15,303 nt of DNA, taken from NCBI GenBank assembly GCA_051382305.1, contig JBBCAV010000261.1, forward strand, positions 1 to 15,303, in the 5' to 3' direction. Under the pieces are notes generated by a model. The model was not told the origin of the DNA. It saw nothing but the letters and a program-made list of their open reading frames with translations, and did not search any database. The translations under genes and the position numbers were made by a program. How positions within the stretch are numbered: the stretch's first letter is position 1; the number at the start of each line of letters is the position of its first letter. Source of the stretch: Bdellovibrionota bacterium FG-2 (GTDB taxonomy: Bacteria > Bdellovibrionota > UBA1018). Below, one piece after another: positions 1 to 10,000 of the stretch.

Positions 1-2425
<2,425 letters not shown>

Positions 2426-2441
2426 TTAAGTGCTGCGGCAA

Positions 2442-4766
2442 CTATTCTACGGGCAGAACACAACGAAACCCGACACTGACATAAGTTGATACAGGCGAGA
2501 ACCCCAGATGAAAACCAAAGCGCCCAGCAGAGGTCCCCCAAAATGAAGCGCCGCCAACCATCCCCCCTCGGGTCGAACCATAGAGCTCACGATCGCCCCA
2601 AACACTCGCCTGATCCGTGTAGAGCGCAAACAGATCCCCATGAAACCGAGCCTCATTACCACTGATAGGTAAAGCTTCTCCTCCATCGGTTCCCACAAGC
2701 GGAACGCCTAAAGGATAGGAAAAATTCATGGCCCCGTACTTTTTGTCCTCGATGCTCCACAATTCCGTTGATTCTCCCCCAGGTCCTTGCAGGCCATCGA
2801 ACATAAAACCGACCCAATCGCTGTTTCCGGAGTCTAATGAAGAGAGAACTCCTCGACAGCTATGCTTCGCGGCCGAACAATCTCCCAACTGATCCGATAC
2901 CCAACTATAGGTATTGCCCACCATATCTTGGGCTCCGAAACGAGAAACACATTTGCTCGTAGCCAAACTTCCGATCACAAACGAGTCTGGGCCCTCTTCG
3001 GCCCCTCGCGCAACTTCATGAGACGAATTAAAGGCCGCGCTCACCAAAACGCCCTCGTGTTTATTCGAATTGCAGGCGTGGGTGGCCCCGTGATTCTTAC
3101 CGTCTTCAAGAATGTTGATCTGCTCGTCACTCATCTGGCCCTGTTCCCCATCTAAATGAGGCCACGCTGCCGCGATGACATACTCACGCCGCCGCATTAG
3201 ACGCTTAGGTCCATAAAAACTGTCATTCTGCGCCTCACATTGCAAGGCAGCCTTATGCTGATCAACCTGCACCAGGGGAGGCCGGCGGGTCGTTTGACTC
3301 GGTTCTTGGGTTGCCATCGAACTGCGTTCCATGGAGCTAAGATCCGGAGAATTGGCAGATTTCCATTTTCCTGCTGATTTTATGAAGCACTCCCCGCCCC
3401 GGCTAAAGTCAAGGCCCACAGAATGAGTCGAATAAAAAACACTTCCCTCAACCCCCATCGAATCAGGAGGCGTAGAGTTTTTCAAACAATCAGCAGCAGA
3501 CAGACTCGAAGACTTCCCCTCCAAGGGGCCGCAATCCTTTATTTGTTCTTGAGTCAGATTCAGCACAGGCCCGAAGCAATCGCCCGGCTCGCCGTCCTTT
3601 CCACATCGCCCCAAAACAGAATCAGTCTTGGGAGACCACCGACACCCCGTGGACCAGCGATCAACAAAAAAGCTATAGCCCAGGTCATAAAACTTAGGAT
3701 CTAAATTGAGATCAAGCTTGCCCGGAGAAGAATTCACGGGGACACTCCCCAAACCCTTATAAGGACAACGTTGATGCGCGAGCGGATCACTTTTTCGTCC
3801 AAGCAAGGCGCACATCTCCGCATTTGCCGCATCTCGCTGCACGAGCACCATATTGGCCGGTGGGATAGGCACACTCACAAGATACTTTTCAGAACTTCCA
3901 CGCGGTAACTCCTCAGGCCAATTGTCGAGTTCAAGCCCGACACTATAATAGTACTGCGCAGGAGCCGTAGCCACGGCAGTATCGGCACAAGATTTTGCGC
4001 CAGCCCCCACCTGCCGACATACCATGCACGAATCTTTTTCATCGGGCGTGCAAACTTGTTTCGTCGCCATATCAAGTGTGCCACCGCGACTCACTCGAAT
4101 CAGGCGATAAACAGTCTTTTGATCTGCCTTGAGAAACGGCTGCCAGGTCACGCTCACTTGCGCCAACACGGGAGTCCCCTCGGGAGCCTCAGAGGCTGCT
4201 CCGAAAGCCGTCACCGCAATCACCCCCTGATAACGTTCCTTAATTTCCGGCACTGTTTGGAACTGAATCATTTCAGAAAGCATGGGGCCATCGCTGGGCT
4301 TACGCACCACAGAGCCGATAATCTTAAACTGCGCCTTTGTATCGCCAGTGGCATCGCCTGCGCGAAGAGCACACAAATAGGAGGTACCTGATTTAAGTCC
4401 GGTAATCTTCATCGTCCGCGCTTCTTTACTGAGCATCGAAAGTTTGGCGCCCACAAACTCTCCACCCCGCGCGGAGCATTCCATCTTCAAATTGTCTGCG
4501 TTTTCCAAGAGACTAAAGCGTAAAACCGCAAAATCTCCCCCCACATCTTCTGCCGCAAGTTCAGGCGCACTCTCCTTGAGCTGCAAGGGCGTATTTTCGG
4601 TTTTTGTCAAATCCACAGCAACGGGCGAAGCAACGGGGAAAAGGACAATATTGCGCTCAGGAGGGGCCTTTTCGGTGCACCCAGCGAGCATGACGAAAAG
4701 ACAAGTGGCGACACAACTCGCAATACAAACACCGATGTGACGAATGTTGGAATTACAAGACGGCAT
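2442..4766 (-). CDS. Cys-rich predicted lipoprotein with FN3-like N-terminal segments and a C-terminal FGE-sulfatase / C-type-lectin-fold domain
   Basis: Lipobox LAG-C30. FN3-like strands ITGLKSGTSYLCAL and VSVTW...YRLIR...YYYSV. FGE-type motifs PPANMVLV, FFVDRW, PLVQVDQHKAALQC, KRLMRRREY, SRFGAQDMVGNTYSWV and terminal RGG...W...GFRC. About 20 Cys in the mature part. Confidence 0.8.
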   Translation of the reverse strand: MPSCNSNIRHIGVCIASCVATCLFVMLAGCTEKAPPERNIVLFPVASPVAVDLTKTENTPLQLKESAPELAAEDVGGDFAVLRFSLLENADNLKMECSARGGEFVGAKLSMLSKEARTMKITGLKSGTSYLCALRAGDATGDTKAQFKIIGSVVRKPSDGPMLSEMIQFQTVPEIKERYQGVIAVTAFGAASEAPEGTPVLAQVSVTWQPFLKADQKTVYRLIRVSRGGTLDMATKQVCTPDEKDSCMVCRQVGAGAKSCADTAVATAPAQYYYSVGLELDNWPEELPRGSSEKYLVSVPIPPANMVLVQRDAANAEMCALLGRKSDPLAHQRCPYKGLGSVPVNSSPGKLDLNLDPKFYDLGYSFFVDRWSTGCRWSPKTDSVLGRCGKDGEPGDCFGPVLNLTQEQIKDCGPLEGKSSSLSAADCLKNSTPPDSMGVEGSVFYSTHSVGLDFSRGGECFIKSAGKWKSANSPDLSSMERSSMATQEPSQTTRRPPLVQVDQHKAALQCEAQNDSFYGPKRLMRRREYVIAAAWPHLDGEQGQMSDEQINILEDGKNHGATHACNSNKHEGVLVSAAFNSSHEVARGAEEGPDSFVIGSLATSKCVSRFGAQDMVGNTYSWVSDQLGDCSAAKHSCRGVLSSLDSGNSDWVGFMFDGLQGPGGESTELWSIEDKKYGAMNFSYPLGVPLVGTDGGEALPISGNEARFHGDLFALYTDQASVWGDRELYGSTRGGMVGGASFWGTSAGRFGFHLGFSPVSTYVSVGFRCVLPVE

Positions 4767-4843
4767 CTAACCCCCAAAGCCCATTATGCCGGCTCAAAGT
4801 GAAAGACGTAATGTGTCTTTTTAGACACCCACGAAAAAGTACC

Positions 4844-5506
4844 CTAGTCCAACTCCTTAGCAACTGGATCATCGACGATATCAGGTTTCTTGACCTGTTT
4901 TCGGACGTTTTTGAACGTGTTTTCAGGCCAGCCCTTCTGGATCAAATTAACAATCCAAGCCGGCACTGCCCCTTTGGGGTCCATATGCGCGACTCCGACC
5001 GCATGCGTTCTTTTCCCGCCGTCCAGTGGAGTGATCGTCAAGGTCGTATTATAGACCGCCCCGCGCACGTTCTTAGAATTGAGAGGAAGTGTGGGTTCTT
5101 CAATCGAATGAACCGAAAAAATAATTTTCTTCGCAGCCTTATCCACTTCAATTTTTGAAATATAAACAAAATCCCGATCCTTCAGAGGCCAAGGGATTGC
5201 GATGTGATAATATTCCAGGCGTTCATTGGGAGTAATCTGCTTTACGAGACGGATTTCATTGACTCGATCCACCCACTCCTTTGCCCGCGAAGTGTCTCGG
5301 ATTACAGACAAAACTTTTGCGACTGGCGCATCAATGTCTCCTTCGCCGCGAAACGCAAAGAGGTCACTATTAGGGACCGCTTTGCGAGAGACCTCAATTC
5401 CTTCGCTGTTAGAAATTCTCTCCCACCCCGTGTCATCGAGAGAACTCCCCCACGCAGCCCCCGCCAGGAAGACTAAAAACCCAAGCGCGATCCACAACTT
5501 ATGCAT
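4844..5506 (-). CDS. Secreted START/SRPBCC-domain (lipid-binding) protein
   Basis: Signal peptide MHKLWIALGFLVFLAGAAWG. START motifs GWERISNSEGIEVSRK, EWV, PWPLKDRDFV, VRG and DPKGAVPAWIVN. SD-like AAGGA upstream. Confidence 0.9.
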   Translation of the reverse strand: MHKLWIALGFLVFLAGAAWGSSLDDTGWERISNSEGIEVSRKAVPNSDLFAFRGEGDIDAPVAKVLSVIRDTSRAKEWVDRVNEIRLVKQITPNERLEYYHIAIPWPLKDRDFVYISKIEVDKAAKKIIFSVHSIEEPTLPLNSKNVRGAVYNTTLTITPLDGGKRTHAVGVAHMDPKGAVPAWIVNLIQKGWPENTFKNVRKQVKKPDIVDDPVAKELD

Positions 5507-5533
5507 TGCGTAATTCCTTTTCTTGACTTTCTT

Positions 5534-5562
5534 AAAATACCGGTTCGAAACAAAAAAAACAA
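5534..5562 (-). promoter_or_regulatory. Putative sigma-70 promoter for the START gene
   Basis: The minus strand reads TTGTTT-N17-TATTTT, about 27 nt upstream of the ATG. This is a partial consensus in an AT-rich stretch. Confidence 0.35.
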
Positions 5563-5590
5563 CGTTTCCGTTTTGCGCGCTGTGTGTTAG

Positions 5591-5675
5591 CTTATAAGGG
5601 TTCTGATCGTCGCCTTCTCGAGAGTAGGGGCATGGTGCCCATAGCCTCTGAAGCGGCTCCCAGCCTTATAAGGAG
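5591..5675 (+). promoter_or_regulatory. Potentially structured leader or paired palindromic sites upstream of the RRM gene, overlapping the SD
   Basis: CTTATAAGG (5591-5599) is the exact reverse complement of CCTTATAAG (5664-5672), which overlaps the SD AAGGAGG. Internal hairpins are GGGCA-TGG-TGCCC (5628-5640) and AGCC...GGCT (5643-5658). Confidence 0.45.
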
Positions 5676-5680
5676 GATCC

Positions 5681-6040
5681 ATGGGTAAGAAATTGTATGT
5701 TGGTAATTTGCCATTTTCCGCAACCGATGACGTCTTGAAAGAAGTTTTCACACAAGTCGGAACAGTTGAATCCGCAAAAGTAATCACTGATCGCGACACC
5801 GGCCGTAGCAAAGGCTTTGGTTTCGTCGAAATGGCAACGGACGCTGAAGCGGCCAACGCTATCACAAAGTTCAACGGCGCTGATTTCGAAGGCCGTAACA
5901 TCACGGTTAACGAGGCAAAACCCATGGTTCCTCGTGAAGGCGGCGGCGGCGGACGCGGCGGCTTCGGCGGTGGCGGACGCGGCGGACGCGGCGGAGACCG
6001 CGGCGGAGACCGCGGCGGACGCGGCGGCGGACGCTGGTAA
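5681..6040 (+). CDS. RRM (RNP-1) RNA-binding protein with Gly/Arg-rich tail
   Basis: RNP-2 KLYVGNL, RNP-1 SKGFGFVEM and a C-terminal GGGRGG/GGDR tail. Strong SD AGGAGG 4 nt upstream of the ATG. Confidence 0.96.
   Translation: MGKKLYVGNLPFSATDDVLKEVFTQVGTVESAKVITDRDTGRSKGFGFVEMATDAEAANAITKFNGADFEGRNITVNEAKPMVPREGGGGGRGGFGGGGRGGRGGDRGGDRGGRGGGRW
5939..6034 (+). repeat. GC-rich low-complexity coding repeats encoding the RGG tail
   Basis: GGC runs, repeated GGACGCGGC units and a tandem CGCGGCGGAGAC x2. Confidence 0.85.
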
Positions 6041-6127
6041 TTCACAGACCAAGTCCTTAGCCAACTTTAGGCTTGACTATCTTGCGCACTGCGTTATATG
6101 GAGACGCAGAGAAGGACAAGATAGTTT

Positions 6128-8161
6128 ATGAAATTTAAAATCCCGTTCGCACTGATATTGGCTGTTTGTTTCACCGCAAATGCAATACCTCCTGCGAACG
6201 GGATTTTTTGTTCTGCGTGGGCTGACACATCGATCGACGTTAAACAACCCCCAAAGCAGCCTACAATCACGATCGTCTCCTCGCCAAAGTCAGAAAAACT
6301 AAAGGCCGAAATCGCTAGCACCCTCTCATCGGAATCTGCTGATCTTTCCGAGCTCAACGTGACAGTTGTCTTCCGCTCTGAAAACGACCTTGATCTCACC
6401 ATTGATAAAGCCACCGAAACAGACGAGTTCGCGTTTAAGCATGTGAGCTGGCGCATTGAAGCCAAGAGTTCAGAACAGGCACACGCGACCCTACTCAAGA
6501 AGCTCGCGAACTTCAGACAATCTCTAGAAACCCGGGAAGAACAACGAAAAGCCGCGCTTAGCTTTGCAGCCCCGCTCTCCAAAACCATCTTTGTAGATCC
6601 CAATTCGGGAGAATTTCGCGACCGCGCCTCGGGCACCCCCCTGGCACTCCCAGAAGCGCAGAGCCGCTTTGTCTCTGAATCCCCCAAACACAAAAACTAC
6701 TTAAGAGGTGCCTTAGAAATTGGAACCATGATTGGCGCCGGCTGGCTCATTTATTACACCGCCCTTGCTGAAGCGAATGAAAAAGACTGGGATTACAAAC
6801 CCACTTACTCATCGCAAAGTGGCAAACTCCTCAAAGGCCAAGGGATTCGCTTCGATGATAACCCCTTCTACTTCAATAATGGGCATGCCTTTGCGGGAAC
6901 CTATTATTATCTTTTTGCTCGAACCAACGGGTTTTCTTCGCTCGAATCCACGCTCATCTCAATTGCGGCCTCTGCCCTTTGGGAAACGCTCGTAGAATAT
7001 CATGAAGTCTTGAGCATCAATGACATGATCGCAACTCCCATCGGCGGCGCTGCCATTGGAGAAGTCTTTTTCCAGCTCGGCACCTACTTCAACTCTGCTT
7101 CACCCACCGGCGTCCACAAGACGCTAGCGGCCCTGCTGGGCGGGCCCGACGCCATTCATCGCTGGCTGGATAAAAACAAAGCCAAGAATAACCTTGAGCT
7201 TGATTCACTTGGATTTGATACGAACGCCTGGCACCAGTTTGATCTCTTTGCAGGTATCGGCGCCACAACACGAGACGGAGCCAGCAACCCCATGAGCGCC
7301 GCCGAAACCCGCCTTGGAGTGTCGGCGGATTTGATCACCATTCCTGGATATGGAAAAGAGGGAACCGCAAAAGAGTTCCTCAAGGATACAAGTTTCTCCC
7401 GACTGTTCATTGATACCAGTCTCGGCACCGAAGGGCTCAATGAGTTTCGGTTCTTCGCACAGGCAGCACTATTTGGCTACTATCAACAAAATATATCAAA
7501 AGATTCGAAAGGGAGCCTGCGCGGCGGAAGCTTCTTTTTAGGCGCCAGCACGGCTTATGATCTGGTCATGCAAAAAACGATGGGGGTCTACGATCAGTCT
7601 GGAGTGGTCAATATCCTCGGACCCTCGATGGAGGCCGTCCTTTATTACAAGGGATTTCGAATTCGAGCCCGCTTCGATGTCTTTGCCGATTTTGCCCAAA
7701 TTCGCTCTCTGGCCGTTGAAAAATATTTTGCAAAAACGGGCTACGATCAGATGATCGAGGACGCCAAAAATTCTGGAAATCCAGACTTAGTAAAAGCGGC
7801 AGAAAAAGGCCGGGTCACCGGACTCCGCTCCATCCTTGAACAAGAACAGGCCTATTATGCGATGGGAGCCACGGCAACTTCAGAACTGGTCGTAGAATAT
7901 GGATCTTTTGAAGCCGGCGGAAAACTTAAAGGTGAAGCCTTCACCTCCATCCAGGGCGGCGATCGCTTTAATGGCACCAAATACAATACACTCTCCGACT
8001 CTCGGGTGACTGGAACCGTGTGGGTGGCCTACAAAATTCCCAAGTCCAATCTCCTGATTAAACTTGAGGCAGAGAACACCTCACGCCAAAGTCAAATTGA
8101 GGACACCGAAGTTGAAATAAGCGAGGAACGAGTTACAGGTTCGGCGGTTTGGAGATTCTAA
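6128..8161 (+). CDS. DUF3943-domain predicted outer-membrane protein
   Basis: N-terminal signal-like segment. DUF3943-type core FDDNPFYFNNGHAFAGTYYYLFARTNGFSSLES...SALWE...E..SINDMIATPIGGAAIGE. The C-terminal half has amphipathic beta-strands and ends in an aromatic residue (SAVWRF), as beta-barrel proteins do. Confidence 0.8.
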   Translation: MKFKIPFALILAVCFTANAIPPANGIFCSAWADTSIDVKQPPKQPTITIVSSPKSEKLKAEIASTLSSESADLSELNVTVVFRSENDLDLTIDKATETDEFAFKHVSWRIEAKSSEQAHATLLKKLANFRQSLETREEQRKAALSFAAPLSKTIFVDPNSGEFRDRASGTPLALPEAQSRFVSESPKHKNYLRGALEIGTMIGAGWLIYYTALAEANEKDWDYKPTYSSQSGKLLKGQGIRFDDNPFYFNNGHAFAGTYYYLFARTNGFSSLESTLISIAASALWETLVEYHEVLSINDMIATPIGGAAIGEVFFQLGTYFNSASPTGVHKTLAALLGGPDAIHRWLDKNKAKNNLELDSLGFDTNAWHQFDLFAGIGATTRDGASNPMSAAETRLGVSADLITIPGYGKEGTAKEFLKDTSFSRLFIDTSLGTEGLNEFRFFAQAALFGYYQQNISKDSKGSLRGGSFFLGASTAYDLVMQKTMGVYDQSGVVNILGPSMEAVLYYKGFRIRARFDVFADFAQIRSLAVEKYFAKTGYDQMIEDAKNSGNPDLVKAAEKGRVTGLRSILEQEQAYYAMGATATSELVVEYGSFEAGGKLKGEAFTSIQGGDRFNGTKYNTLSDSRVTGTVWVAYKIPKSNLLIKLEAENTSRQSQIEDTEVEISEERVTGSAVWRF

Positions 8162-8162
8162 T

Positions 8163-9035
8163 CTAGAGCTGAACTTCCATCGCTTCTTTGGAAAAACAAA
8201 AATCCAACTCGGGATGCTCCGCCTTGAATTTATTCTCCAGCGCGGACAGCGCCTGATCTGTCCGCGTTGGATCGTGATGAGTCAAAATCAGTTTCTTAAC
8301 CGCGGGAGATTTCACAATTGAAATCACGGATTCCATCGATGAATGCCCCCACCCCTGAAACTTCGGGTACTCCTCGGCAGTGTATTGTGCATCGTGAATC
8401 AATAAATCCGCTTGGCAAAAAGCTTGATGCCGCTCGTTTCTCTCAGCGACAATCTGATTCAGCTCCTCGTCCTCACCGGGATCTTCTCCGCCAGTACTGA
8501 GGACGTTATAGTAAGTCTCCATGTCGCCCGTGAAAACGAGGGACTTGCCATTACAGGTGATCTTGTAGCACAAACCCGTGACCGGATGATTGGAGTACTG
8601 AGTTTGAATCGTGGTCCCGCCGATCTCTAAGGTCTGCTCTTTGAGATCCGAGTACTCAATCGCGGCATTAAGCTGCTGCATACTGATCGGAAAATAGGCG
8701 TAGTCCATCTGAAGATCCATGATCTTCTTAAGCGTATGTTCAAAATGAGTCGGCCCATAAATGTGAATTTCATTGCCCGGAATATAAGCCGAAACAAAAA
8801 AAGGAAATCCCTGAATATGATCCCAGTGCGTGTGGGTTATAAACAAATGAATCACGCCGACTTTTCGACGCGCGAGATCCAAACCGAGCTCACGAATCCC
8901 CGTTCCTGCATCAAAGATAAAAGTCTGCCCAAAGTCATCCTCGACTTCGATGCAGGTCGTATTACCTCCGAATTCGGCCGTATTTTTACCCGGAGTCGCA
9001 ATCGATCCGCGCACGCCCCAAAACCGGACTCTCAT
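8163..9035 (-). CDS. Metallo-beta-lactamase-fold hydrolase (phosphodiesterase-like)
   Basis: MRVRFWGVRGSI, GGNTTC, FDAGTG, the HxHxDH motif (THTHWDHIQG), DAQY, WGHS and THHDP. Confidence 0.93.
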   Translation of the reverse strand: MRVRFWGVRGSIATPGKNTAEFGGNTTCIEVEDDFGQTFIFDAGTGIRELGLDLARRKVGVIHLFITHTHWDHIQGFPFFVSAYIPGNEIHIYGPTHFEHTLKKIMDLQMDYAYFPISMQQLNAAIEYSDLKEQTLEIGGTTIQTQYSNHPVTGLCYKITCNGKSLVFTGDMETYYNVLSTGGEDPGEDEELNQIVAERNERHQAFCQADLLIHDAQYTAEEYPKFQGWGHSSMESVISIVKSPAVKKLILTHHDPTRTDQALSALENKFKAEHPELDFCFSKEAMEVQL

Positions 9036-9943
9036 GTTTTTCCCTCCAGTTTTTCAACCACCTTTTCCTTACTGCTCGCTATATTAAGAAACACTTCGGC
9101 CTTTTCAATCTGCTCTTGAGCCGTTTCTAGCTCCCTCAGGACTCGCGCTTCCTCGATCCCCAGGACCTTCCAAGTATCAGGATCAACGGGGCGAGTTTGT
9201 TTTTCTGATTCCTCTTGTTCTCCATTAAGGCCCAACCGATAGGTCATGGAATCGGCTAATTGAAGAATATAGGAAATCTTGTTTTGAGCCACCGGCGTAT
9301 GATGCGAAAAAACAGCCTCACTGATTTGCTCGTGAAAGTTCCACTTCTTCAGGGTTTGCGCGCCCAACTCGGAGTGGTCTAACGAATAACGAGATTTTTC
9401 TTCAGCCGCAGAAATCTTGCCATCATGGGGCTGCGTCTCAAAAAACGCCTGCATCAAAATAGTCTTTCCAATGTCATGAAGAAGGCCTGCGATAAAATAC
9501 TCTTCTAACATGTTAACCGGTACAGCCGAAGCTTTTGCAATGATTTTCGCGCACACGGCAGTCGCCAGCGAATGCCGCCAAACGGGCTTCACAAGCTCGG
9601 CAAGTTCCTTGTTCTTATTCTCAAAAGTCTGCAATACCGCCGTACTCAGGGCGAGATTCTTAATCGTGTTGATGCCGAGGTAAACCACCGCGCGATTCAG
9701 ACTCGTCACTCTTTGCGCCAAACTAAAATAAGCCGAATTTACCAACTGCAACACGCGGCCAGTAAGAATCGGATCCAAGCGAATGGCTGCGACAATTTCA
9801 TTGGGTGAGGTGTTGAGTTTATTTGCGAGTTGAATTATTTTTGATGTCGCAGGCGAAAAGGTGGGCATCTTCTCGATATATTTTGTCAGAATCCTTAGAT
9901 TATCTTCGCTACCGTCTTCATTGTTGTCTTCATCCTCCGACAT
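9032..9943 (-). CDS. HDOD-domain signalling protein (standalone)
   Basis: MPTFSP, DPILTGRVLQLVNSAYF, AVVYLG, WRHSLATA, AGLLHDIGK, DHSELGA..L..WNF and HH. Its stop overlaps the MBL start (ATGA). Confidence 0.93.
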   Translation of the reverse strand: MSEDEDNNEDGSEDNLRILTKYIEKMPTFSPATSKIIQLANKLNTSPNEIVAAIRLDPILTGRVLQLVNSAYFSLAQRVTSLNRAVVYLGINTIKNLALSTAVLQTFENKNKELAELVKPVWRHSLATAVCAKIIAKASAVPVNMLEEYFIAGLLHDIGKTILMQAFFETQPHDGKISAAEEKSRYSLDHSELGAQTLKKWNFHEQISEAVFSHHTPVAQNKISYILQLADSMTYRLGLNGEQEESEKQTRPVDPDTWKVLGIEEARVLRELETAQEQIEKAEVFLNIASSKEKVVEKLEGKT

Positions 9944-9964
9944 GCCCCATTCCCTCGAAGCTCT

Positions 9965-9993
9965 ATTCTAGGGTGCGCAAATATTGGGGGCAA
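9965..9993 (-). promoter_or_regulatory. Putative sigma-70 promoter for the HDOD-MBL operon
   Basis: The minus strand reads TTGCCC-N17-TAGAAT, ending 21 nt before the ATG at 9943, with GAGGG SD-like sequence in between. Confidence 0.6.
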
Positions 9994-10000
9994 TCCGCAA

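Noticed and set aside
2442-2580. Complete diversity-generating retroelement
   Set aside because: No reverse transcriptase, accessory gene or adenine-variant template repeat is visible in the window.
4813-4828. Inverted repeat GTGTCT-TTTT-AGACAC between the START and lipoprotein genes
   Set aside because: Only a 6-bp stem with no adjacent U-tract on the coding strand. It could be an operator, but there is too little support to call it a terminator.
5939-6034. Possible CRISPR-like or non-coding repeat array
   Set aside because: The units are 3-12 bp, in frame and without spacers; they encode the Gly/Arg tail.
6051-6100. Possible terminator after the RRM gene and TTGACT-N16-TATATG promoter for the DUF3943 gene
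   Set aside because: The stem is imperfect with no U-tract, and the promoter spacing and -10 box are suboptimal; not supportable.
5587-6131. Pro-rich and Ala-rich alternative ORFs (5587-6045, 5666-6064, 5817-6131)
   Set aside because: By-products of the GGC repeats in the RRM gene read in other frames.
8163-9035. Antibiotic-resistance beta-lactamase
   Set aside because: The motifs (GVRGS, GGNT.C, WGHS, HHDP) fit the phosphodiesterase/RNase Z-like branch, and there is no signal peptide.
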